Shown here piece by piece: positions 9,147 to 16,706 of a stretch of 64,000 nucleotides of DNA; position 1 is the first letter of the stretch; the number at the start of each line of letters is the position of its first letter. The stretch is from Candidatus Sungiibacteriota bacterium (GTDB lineage Bacteria; Patescibacteriota; Minisyncoccia; Sungbacterales; HO2-52-23). The stretch covers positions 216,006-280,005 of the forward strand of contig JACPBG010000001.1 in NCBI GenBank assembly GCA_016180435.1, written 5' to 3'. The translations under genes were made by a program, and so were the position numbers. Below the pieces are notes generated by a model. The model was given only the letters and a program-made list of their open reading frames with translations, was not told where the DNA came from and searched no databases.

Positions 9147-10316
9147 ATGGCTCGTTCAAAATCAAATACAGTGATCGTGGAAGCCAAACGCACTCCCATA
9201 GGCAAACGCAATGGCGTTTTCAAAAACCTCAAAGCGCATGAGCTTGGCGGCGCGCTTATAAAATCAGTGTTGAATGCCTGGGGACACCGGGTTGATGAAG
9301 TGATTATGGGAAATATGATCGGAGTAAGCTTTGATGCCGCACAAGGATTGAGACCGCGCCTGAATCCGGCAATGGAGGCATGCATCAAAGCCGGATATGG
9401 ATTTATTCATGGATGGACATGCGGAGATGCCTGCAGTTCGGCGTTAAAATCGGTCATAGTCGGAGACAGAAGTATTCGCTCGGGAGATTGTTCAAGTGTC
9501 CTGGCCGGAGGCATGGAATCCATGAGCGGACTTCCGAAAGAGTGGCTGGCTATGGTGCTAAAGGATCCTAACGATTTATCTCCTCTGCATCCTACCGATT
9601 ATTTCTCACATGGATTCACTACACTGGAAGCCGGAGAATGGTGCGCCAAGTATTGCGGAGTAAGCCGCCAAGATCTAGATAATTGGGCCATAAAAAGTTA
9701 CTTGCGAGCGCGCAAGGCCCAGACCGATGGAGTTTTTAATACGCAGATTGTGCCAATTAACGAAGTTGCTTTGGATGAAGAACCAACTCTGCCGATTACC
9801 GAAGACATGATACTCAAAGCCGCACCCAAATTGGGACCGGACGGAACCATAACGTATTATACCGCATCCAAAAATGCGGACGGGGCGTCGGTCGTGTGGC
9901 TAATGGATCCAACATTCGCAAAAAAACGCGGATTCCAACCGCTTGCCGAAATTGTAAGCCAAGCCCCAAGCCAAACCATACATCGCGATACAAGACACTT
10001 CACGGTTGAGCCTCTGCAGGCCATACACGCGGCCCTGCAAAAAGCCGATCTTTCACTGTCAGATGTAGATATTTTTGAAATAAATGCGCCATTCGCACCG
10101 GTAATAGTCCATGCAATCCGCCAACTCGGCATATCGGAGGAGTTGGTAAATATATATGGCGATTCAATCGCTTTCGGGCATCCGGTTGGAGCATCCGGCG
10201 CGATTTTGCTGGTACGCGCCATATACGCGCTTCTTGCCACCGGAGGACGTTATGCCGTAATTTGCCTGTGCCATGCGCTGGGCGGCGCAACTGCAATGGT
10301 TATCCGGCGAATGTAA
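9147..10316 (+). CDS. Thiolase-family protein (acetyl-CoA C-acyltransferase-like)
   Basis: 389 aa; N-terminal thiolase fold, C-terminal GHPVGASGAILLVRAIYAL and CLCHALGGATAMVI matching thiolase GHPxGASG and CxGGGxG regions. Confidence 0.7.
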   Translation: MARSKSNTVIVEAKRTPIGKRNGVFKNLKAHELGGALIKSVLNAWGHRVDEVIMGNMIGVSFDAAQGLRPRLNPAMEACIKAGYGFIHGWTCGDACSSALKSVIVGDRSIRSGDCSSVLAGGMESMSGLPKEWLAMVLKDPNDLSPLHPTDYFSHGFTTLEAGEWCAKYCGVSRQDLDNWAIKSYLRARKAQTDGVFNTQIVPINEVALDEEPTLPITEDMILKAAPKLGPDGTITYYTASKNADGASVVWLMDPTFAKKRGFQPLAEIVSQAPSQTIHRDTRHFTVEPLQAIHAALQKADLSLSDVDIFEINAPFAPVIVHAIRQLGISEELVNIYGDSIAFGHPVGASGAILLVRAIYALLATGGRYAVICLCHALGGATAMVIRRM

Positions 10317-10338
10317 AATATTTTGAGCTAATACAAAA

Positions 10339-10366
10339 ACCGAGGCATAACTGCCCCGGCTTTTTT
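10339..10366 (+). terminator. Rho-independent terminator downstream of thiolase gene
   Basis: ccgaggcataactgccccgg followed by cttttttc. Confidence 0.5.
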
Positions 10367-10415
10367 CATCCCGTTACCACGGAAATCATAGGTGTAAACC
10401 CGTGGTAACGGGATT
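10366..10415. repeat. 50-bp palindrome ATCCCGTTACCACGG-N17-CCGTGGTAACGGGAT
   Basis: Perfect 14-15 bp arms; shares TCATCCCGTTA with the left TIR of the small element at 37057. Confidence 0.7.
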
Positions 10416-10425
10416 CATATCAGAA

Positions 10426-10740
10426 TTATTGGGAAAGTTCTTTATCTATATCCGTAAGTTCGGCATCCAAATCATCCATTTTCATCGCGTTTAATTCATT
10501 TTCCATCGTCTCTTCTTCGCTTGGCATCATATTATTACCGGACATCATGTTATCCGGAACCATCATCTCGCCCGTATCGCTGGGCGCGGATGCATAATAA
10601 TAGTACGCAAGCGCGACAACTATGATGGCGGCCGCAATCACCGCCCCAAGCCACATTTTATTTTCTGGCGGAGACGGCAGCATTGGCGGAGATGATGGTG
10701 GCTGGCCGGACGACGGCAAATTGGTTTGATTTCCATTCAT
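10426..10740 (-). CDS. Hypothetical small membrane protein (Pro/Ser-rich N-terminus, one TM helix, acidic C-terminus)
   Basis: 104 aa; hydrophobic stretch LGAVIAAAIIVVALAYYYY. Confidence 0.35.
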   Translation of the reverse strand: MNGNQTNLPSSGQPPSSPPMLPSPPENKMWLGAVIAAAIIVVALAYYYYASAPSDTGEMMVPDNMMSGNNMMPSEEETMENELNAMKMDDLDAELTDIDKELSQ

Positions 10741-10829
10741 GTTTGCTTCGCAAAAGATCTTAGAACTTAGCGTCTAGAACTTAGTAATTTTCTAAGTTCT
10801 AAGTTCTAAATTCTAAGTTCTCGTATTAA
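10741..10829. repeat. Heptamer array element E3: 2x AGAACTTAG then 4x CTAAGTTCT (inverted)
   Basis: tcttagaacttagcgtctagaacttagtaattttctaagttctaagttctaaattctaagttctcg upstream of minus-strand gene 10426-10740. Confidence 0.75.
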
Positions 10830-11600
10830 CTATGGTTCTGTTGAAGTCGCATTTCCTCCTCCCAGACCTTTAGTTGAGCGCACCACATCCACCAAGGCGC
10901 GGTGCGCGGCCTTTACTTTCTCCGCAACCCCATGCACCAATTCCCGGACTTTGGCAAATGACTTTTTGAAATCCGGATCGCTGACGGCCGATGCATATTT
11001 GGCCTTGGCGTCTTCCAGCGCGTTTTGAGCATCATCAATGGCTGATTCGGCTGTATCAAGTTTCGCGCGAAGTTCATCCACATTCTTGCCGTTGGCAGCT
11101 GCTTTATCCAGACGCTCGCCTATGCGCTTAGCAAAATCATTCAGGCGGTCGATTGCGCCTTCGAATTTTTTGACCATGTGGTCAAAAAACATTTCGATCT
11201 TTTCGGCCCGCTTTTCGCCGAGTTTCTTTTTTAACTCTTCGCGCCGCGCTTTGGCCGTGTCGCGGAATTCCTCGCGTTTGGCACGCACCTCATCGCGGAA
11301 CCCCTCCCGCTTATCGCGGATCTCTGCCCGCATGGTTTGACGTTTCTCGCGCATTTCTTCGGTCATGGCTCCGCGCTTTTGCGTCATTTCCTCGCGCATG
11401 GCATCGCGTTTCTCGCGCATCTCCTGCATCATGGTTTCCCGCTTATCCGTGATGCCCTGACGCGTATCCTGACGCTTTTGCTGGATGTCTTTGCGCGTAT
11501 CGCGTTTTTGGTCACGCAGGGTTTGGGCTGCAACCAAAATCGGCAAAATAGATAACAGCGCCAACGAACCTCCTATAATTAATACATATCTTTTATTCAT
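10830..11600 (-). CDS. Hypothetical secreted coiled-coil protein with internal KR-x-x-M-x-x-EM repeats
   Basis: 256 aa; signal-peptide-like N-terminus; repetitive MREKRDAMREEMTQKRGAMTEEMREKRQTMRAEIRDKREGFRDEV. Confidence 0.4.
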   Translation of the reverse strand: MNKRYVLIIGGSLALLSILPILVAAQTLRDQKRDTRKDIQQKRQDTRQGITDKRETMMQEMREKRDAMREEMTQKRGAMTEEMREKRQTMRAEIRDKREGFRDEVRAKREEFRDTAKARREELKKKLGEKRAEKIEMFFDHMVKKFEGAIDRLNDFAKRIGERLDKAAANGKNVDELRAKLDTAESAIDDAQNALEDAKAKYASAVSDPDFKKSFAKVRELVHGVAEKVKAAHRALVDVVRSTKGLGGGNATSTEP

Positions 11601-11701
11601 ACGATAATTGCTAAATTATAAGTAAAAATAATTTTTTCGGCCTTTTTTATATTATCGCATAAAAATCAGTAAATCGCAAAACGCTTATCCACAGTTGATT
11701 C

Positions 11702-12748
11702 TCAAAGAGAAATTACTTCCTCCCACGGCAGGTCCGGCTTGCCAAAATGACCATAAGATGCGGTGCTTAAATAAATTGGCCGGCGCAAATTAAGACGCTC
11801 AATTATGGCTTGCGGCCGAAAATCGAATTTTTCGGAAACTAGTTTTCCTAAATCCTTACCGTCGCTGGTTTCGGCATGCACCATCAAGGGCTCGGCGCGG
11901 CCAATAGCATATGCAACCGAGACCATACAATCCTTGGCAAGTCCGTTTGCCACGATATTTTTAGCCGCATATCGCGCCATATAGGCGGCCGAGCGATCCA
12001 CTTTGGTAGGGTCCTTGCCGGAAAACGCGCCGCCGCCATGCGGAATAAGCCCGCCATACGTATCCACCATGATTTTTCTGCCGGTAAGTCCGGTGTCTGC
12101 CGTAAATCCGCCGATTACAAATTTTCCGGTAGGATTGACCAAGACCTCGATTCCCGATAAATCACCAGTAACCGGATGGATCAATTTGCGCAGCAGTATT
12201 TCTTTAATTTCCGGCTGGGAGATGCTGTCCGAGTGCTGACATGATATCAATACAGCGCTCAATTTCCCATCATGCATCGTTACCTGCGATTTGCCGTCAG
12301 GGCCAAGCCATGAACATTCAGAATCGTTTCTGCGCAAATCCTCAAGGCCTTTGGTAAATTTATGCGCCAGCGAAACAGCCCGCGGAAGAAATTCCGGGGT
12401 TTCGGCAGTAGCGTATCCATACATAATACCCTGATCCCCGGCGCCTCCGGTGTCCACTCCCTGCGCGATATCCGGGGACTGACGGATGATATTCGTAACA
12501 ACTTTCAAATTATCCGCATATCCGATGTCGCGGTATATTTTTTGCGCAATTTCTCCGGCCTCAATCTCCCCCCGGGAAGTTACTTCTCCTCCCACGACCA
12601 AAAGTCCGTGGGAGCCAAAACTCTCCACAGCCACGCGGGAATGCGTATCTTTTTTAAGATATTCGTCCAAAATCGCGTCCGAGATTTGGTCGCATATTTT
12701 ATCCGGATGTCCGGAGGTTACGCTTTCTACGGTGTATGTGGTACGCAT
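11702..12748 (-). CDS. metK: S-adenosylmethionine synthetase (methionine adenosyltransferase)
   Basis: 348 aa; N-terminal ESVTSGHPDKICDQISDAILD, GGGAFSGKDPTKVDRSAAYMARYAAKN signature. Confidence 0.9.
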   Translation of the reverse strand: MRTTYTVESVTSGHPDKICDQISDAILDEYLKKDTHSRVAVESFGSHGLLVVGGEVTSRGEIEAGEIAQKIYRDIGYADNLKVVTNIIRQSPDIAQGVDTGGAGDQGIMYGYATAETPEFLPRAVSLAHKFTKGLEDLRRNDSECSWLGPDGKSQVTMHDGKLSAVLISCQHSDSISQPEIKEILLRKLIHPVTGDLSGIEVLVNPTGKFVIGGFTADTGLTGRKIMVDTYGGLIPHGGGAFSGKDPTKVDRSAAYMARYAAKNIVANGLAKDCMVSVAYAIGRAEPLMVHAETSDGKDLGKLVSEKFDFRPQAIIERLNLRRPIYLSTASYGHFGKPDLPWEEVISL

Positions 12749-12759
12749 AAATGTAAATT

Positions 12760-12915
12760 AAAACTCACAAAGCACAGAAACCAAGACATAAACAAGCACT
12801 AAAATTCAAAATTCACCTAATTTCTAAGGCCTGAATTTTTAATTTCTTTATTTGGTATTTTATTAGAAATTAGACAATTAGGTAATTAGAAATTTATCTT
12901 AATGGGTTTTGTGCA
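12760..12915. repeat. Repeated ~150-bp leader/element E4 upstream of metK (homologous to 39476-39760 minus its inserted small element)
   Basis: acagaaacca..actaaaattcaaaattcacctaatttctaaggcctga..taatttctttatttggtattttattagaaattagacaattaggtaattagaaatt..gggttttgtgc shared almost verbatim with the region upstream of neuB. Confidence 0.75.
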
Positions 12916-12935
12916 TATCTCTGGTTTTGTACGTT

Positions 12936-12966
12936 TAAAATAAACCCTCTTCCGTAAAGAAGAGGC
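12936..12966 (-). terminator. Rho-independent terminator (minus strand)
   Basis: Minus-strand reading gcctcttctttacggaagaggg followed by tttatttt. Confidence 0.55.
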
Positions 12967-13150
12967 GAAAAAAGCTATCGCTCCCCTTACAGGGCTGGCA
13001 TTGGCACTATTCCGCTTTTAACGGAACTTTGCTGGCGGGTCATAGGGCCAGATCCCTCACCGCACTCTGGATAAAACATAAATTTTGATTATCTATATAA
13101 TACATGCAACTATACAAAAAACAAGAAAGTTTTCCACAAACATCCGACCA
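12966..13150 (-). ncRNA. Candidate small non-coding transcript (unclassified)
   Basis: ~180-nt GC-richer stretch between two minus-strand terminators, preceded by AT-rich promoter-like sequence at ~13085-13130, ending in the terminator at 12936-12966; contains several helices (gggccagatccc, ccgcttttaacgg); no match to SRP/6S/RNase P/tmRNA motifs that I could recognise. Confidence 0.2.
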
Positions 13151-13154
13151 CGTT

Positions 13155-13187
13155 AAAATAAAAACCGCCTGGCTATTTCCAGGGCGG
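13155..13187 (-). terminator. Rho-independent terminator of NYN-domain gene
   Basis: Minus-strand ccgccctggaaatagccaggcgg followed by tttttatttt. Confidence 0.6.
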
Positions 13188-13199
13188 TACGACCTAAAA

Positions 13200-14189
13200 T
13201 TAGATATCATCATCTCCTTCATTATTTAAATTTACTGAGATTGGTCGTGGTACTACTGACAACTCTGGACTACGGACTTTGACGGCTTTTGCTCTAATCT
13301 TTGACTCAGAGCGAACACTCATGACTTCTTTGGAAATCAGTTCGGACTCCAAGGAAACAAACATATCACATGACTCACGGAGTTCAAACGACAAACTTTC
13401 TTCCGTAAAAAAGACGATTGTGTAAATACCTTTTTGGCGCATCCGCTGCAGGAGATAGGCATAATCGCTATCTCCCGCCACCAAGATAACGCAATCAAAC
13501 CGTCCGCTAGATGCCAGTTCCATCATGTCAACCGTTAATTCCACGTCGCAATTAGCTTTTCCAACCACACTACCATCATTTCGCGTAATAAGTTTCTTGG
13601 TTTTGACATAGATGTAGTATCCAAAACCCTCCAGTGCCCGGAAAAAACTTCGCCTCCGGTCAATTCGCGCCTCTCGATCAACATCACCGTCCGAAACCTC
13701 TTCAGAAAAATAAGCACGCACTGCCAAACACTTGCCATACCAATTTAGCACTTTAAGTAGTTTATCGAAACTAGTACGCATACCGGGAAATACCCGCAAG
13801 GTTGCTCCCTCTAAATTCTGCCCGTCAACGAAGACCGCGGTACGGCGAGACAAAGATACTTGATTAAAAAGGCGGTCCAATTTACTCTGAATCACTGATT
13901 CTAATCCCTTAACTGTACTGCCGAGTTTGATGATGCTGGTTTCTACCGTCTTGAGTCGCTCATCGGTTTTTTCCGAATAAGTTGAAACATTTCCAGTCGT
14001 CCCGTGAATTTGCGCCCCAAGTTTATTCGCAATTTCCTGCCTTAATTCTGTCAAGGTTTTCTCAGTCGCCACAACCTCACCCAAACGCCCGATAAGCCGA
14101 CTTTCAACATCCACCAAAAGCTCTTCCAAAAAATCCTTCACCGCCACTGCTGGATCTTTCGCCTTTTTACTCTTCGGATTCTTATTCAT
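13200..14189 (-). CDS. NYN-domain (LabA/PIN-like) protein with N-terminal coiled-coil region
   Basis: 329 aa; C-terminal TAVFVDGQNLEGA ... CVILVAGDSDYAYLLQRMRQKGIYTIVF matches the NYN fiDGeN / GDsDf pattern. Confidence 0.55.
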   Translation of the reverse strand: MNKNPKSKKAKDPAVAVKDFLEELLVDVESRLIGRLGEVVATEKTLTELRQEIANKLGAQIHGTTGNVSTYSEKTDERLKTVETSIIKLGSTVKGLESVIQSKLDRLFNQVSLSRRTAVFVDGQNLEGATLRVFPGMRTSFDKLLKVLNWYGKCLAVRAYFSEEVSDGDVDREARIDRRRSFFRALEGFGYYIYVKTKKLITRNDGSVVGKANCDVELTVDMMELASSGRFDCVILVAGDSDYAYLLQRMRQKGIYTIVFFTEESLSFELRESCDMFVSLESELISKEVMSVRSESKIRAKAVKVRSPELSVVPRPISVNLNNEGDDDI

Positions 14190-14302
14190 TCATTACCCTC
14201 TCTATTTTGGTAAAGTTCGTGCTTCCAATTATACAATAAAATAGAATAAAAAACAAGCCCTCAGGGTAAATTAGGCCTGCCGTATCAAAAACTACTTTTT
14301 AA

Positions 14303-15028
14303 CTACTCGTGCAAAAGTTCGTTTATAAACGCACGGGTTTTAACTCCGACAAAACCGACTGTTTCTAAGCCGCGGGATATCTGAAATTTCTTCACAGCCG
14401 CTTCCGTGATTTTTCCAAAATATCCGGTTACCGGACCATCATCGGGAATTCCCCAACCGCCTTTCTGCAAAAATTCCTGCAAAATTTTAACTTCGTCCCC
14501 ACGCATTCCAAGATATAAATTCATAGTCAAAATTCTTTTGGAAACACCGGCGACCGCCGGAACGCCGGGCGATGACGTAGCCAAATCAGGCCTGACCGCG
14601 ACAGGCAATGGCGCCAAAACCGGCGGCAGAACTGCCGGAGACAAAGAAACAACCGGCAGAGCGGCTCCGCTTCCCGGGACTGAAAAATCACGGATGATTT
14701 GGGCTTCAATCAAACCTATCTCTTTTTTGGACGGCAGACCTTTGACTTCTAGCAGATGATCAACCAAAATTTGCTGCGGATCAAGCAACATGCCATCGGC
14801 AGATTGAAATTTTGCGTCATAATCGGCAAAAACCTTCCACTGATATCCCCAGACATTTACCGTAAAAAGATTTAGGGCGTGTCGTTTCTCCAATCGCGCG
14901 CCAATAAGATGAACTTCGCCGGTCTTATAGATATGCGCTTCCGGCGGAATGTAATCGGCATAAGAAAAAATTGGCATTATTACAATGCCCGAGAAGACAA
15001 GAAAGAACAGATATAAAAATTTATTCAT
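14303..15028 (-). CDS. Secreted protein with C-terminal peptidoglycan-binding (PG_binding_1-like) domain
   Basis: Signal peptide; C-terminal LYLGMRGDEVKILQEFLQKGG...DGPVTGYFGKITEAAVKKFQ. Confidence 0.55.
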   Translation of the reverse strand: MNKFLYLFFLVFSGIVIMPIFSYADYIPPEAHIYKTGEVHLIGARLEKRHALNLFTVNVWGYQWKVFADYDAKFQSADGMLLDPQQILVDHLLEVKGLPSKKEIGLIEAQIIRDFSVPGSGAALPVVSLSPAVLPPVLAPLPVAVRPDLATSSPGVPAVAGVSKRILTMNLYLGMRGDEVKILQEFLQKGGWGIPDDGPVTGYFGKITEAAVKKFQISRGLETVGFVGVKTRAFINELLHE

Positions 15029-15077
15029 ATAATCAAAAGCGCCATATCAAATTGCCGAGATAAGTCAAAAAGCTTTT

Positions 15078-15626
15078 TTATTTGGCAATAATTGCTTCAA
15101 TAATATCATCGCCGCCGTATTGATTCTGCCCAATCCCATCCGGGCCGAATGATCCGACCACCGCTGCCCAACGCTCGCCCGCGCCCGGATCAATATCATA
15201 ATCCGGATCAAAAAAATAAGCATTGTTCCAGGGGTCATTCATAATCGCCGAAATATAAGGGCCGCTCCAATTATTATAGTTTCCGTCGGTGGCAATGAGT
15301 CCGGCCGCAGGCGCGCCTAAATCCCATACCTCATTTCCGCTGGCTCCGGTTCCTACCTGATCCACCGGATAATGCCCGGGCCACTCATTGGCGTCGTTTT
15401 CCAAAAGCACGATGGCTTTGCGGATTTGATTAACATCTCCGAGCGCTTTGACCAGCCGCGCCGATTCTTTGGCGCGATACAATTGGAACATGATAATTGA
15501 CGCCAAAATGCCGATTACGGCCATAACCATCAGCATTTCAATCAGCGTGAACCCCGCCCTAAATTTGAGGCTAAACCTCGATAGTCCACCGTTGAGGTTT
15601 AGCCTCGCAGAGAAAAATCGTCTCAT
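15078..15626 (-). CDS. Type IV pilin / pseudopilin (prepilin-type N-terminal cleavage/methylation domain)
   Basis: RAGFTLIEMLMVMAVIGILASII = G|FTLIE prepilin motif followed by hydrophobic helix. Confidence 0.8.
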   Translation of the reverse strand: MRRFFSARLNLNGGLSRFSLKFRAGFTLIEMLMVMAVIGILASIIMFQLYRAKESARLVKALGDVNQIRKAIVLLENDANEWPGHYPVDQVGTGASGNEVWDLGAPAAGLIATDGNYNNWSGPYISAIMNDPWNNAYFFDPDYDIDPGAGERWAAVVGSFGPDGIGQNQYGGDDIIEAIIAK

Positions 15627-16198
15627 CTTTTTATCATACCATCAAAAGCCAACCGCGAATAGTCAGCTACATTAATGCCTTTTAGCGCATATATCTGATT
15701 GGCCGAGAAAATCTTTTTATCCTCCGGATTTAAATCCAGCCATGAAATCGCCATATCAATTTTTTCCCAGGACCGTGCTTCGATTTCAAGATACGGTTCC
15801 AATTCGGGAAAAGTATCTATATCAAACTCTACCTCATCTTTTATCCAGCGTATCCGTTTGTTTTCAGCATAATGTTTCTCCACAAAACCCAACCGCAAAA
15901 TAAGCGCGGCAGTTTTATCAAAATCATCCACAATAATTTCTACCTCCTCCATACCGTCATCCGATTCGCTTCCGTCATGCGACTTTATGCCAAGGCGCTG
16001 TTTAAAACTCAAGGTGATTCTGTCGCCCTCATCCCGCAATCGAAGCCAGGCGCCCTGCTTATCCAGCCGTAAGTCCGGATAATCAAAAACGCGCCGCCGA
16101 TAAAAATATTCGCCGGATTTTTGCGCGCCGATCTCCTGTAATTTTTTCTGAATCGCCGCCGGATTAATATTCAAGAATTTAACCTCTATTTCTTCCAT
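15623..16198 (-). CDS. CYTH-domain protein (CyaB/thiamine-triphosphatase-like)
   Basis: 191 aa; N-terminal EIEVKF motif and acidic/basic residue pattern typical of the CYTH triphosphate-tunnel fold. Confidence 0.65.
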   Translation of the reverse strand: MEEIEVKFLNINPAAIQKKLQEIGAQKSGEYFYRRRVFDYPDLRLDKQGAWLRLRDEGDRITLSFKQRLGIKSHDGSESDDGMEEVEIIVDDFDKTAALILRLGFVEKHYAENKRIRWIKDEVEFDIDTFPELEPYLEIEARSWEKIDMAISWLDLNPEDKKIFSANQIYALKGINVADYSRLAFDGMIKR

Positions 16199-16295
16199 AA
16201 GTTACTTTTTGATTATAACAATGCGCTCCATGTCATTACTTGTATAATTCGCAATACCGCCATATCATTTGTTTAGACCTTTTACGAGGTGAAAA

Positions 16296-16571
16296 TTGAA
16301 CAAAATGGAAATCCAAAATCTGAATCTGAAACTCAAGGAAACGGCAAATACTTATGATGCGCTTGCGCGTATATCTAAAATTTTCGGCGTCGTGCAAATC
16401 CAAAAATTATTTCCTGAAGAAACCGACCCGGAACTTTCAACCCTTTACATCATACAACTCAATCCGATTATACAAGTTGATCCGGTCCTGCTGGAACAAG
16501 TGCTCACGGCCTTGCGTCAAGACCCTGACGTAGAATACGCCGAAATGCCGCCTCATCGCAAACTAATATAA
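16296..16571 (+). CDS. Hypothetical protein
   Basis: 91 aa ORF with upstream -10-like TATAAT and downstream weak terminator (16578-16610); no recognisable domain. Confidence 0.3.
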   Translation: MNKMEIQNLNLKLKETANTYDALARISKIFGVVQIQKLFPEETDPELSTLYIIQLNPIIQVDPVLLEQVLTALRQDPDVEYAEMPPHRKLI

Positions 16572-16706
16572 TTTAATCGCCCCCAAAATTCTACTTTTGC
16601 GGGGTTTTTTATCCTCTACACCCCATGACATCTTTTATATTTCTTTCCCGAGCCGTCCGCCGACGCCCTTCGGGCTTTGGCGGACTCCGCTTCTCCGAGA
16701 TAACTA

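Noticed and set aside
10366-10415. Rho-independent terminator call for the 50-bp palindrome
   Set aside because: No U-tract on either strand after the stem; kept as palindromic repeat related to the CCCGTTA TIR family instead
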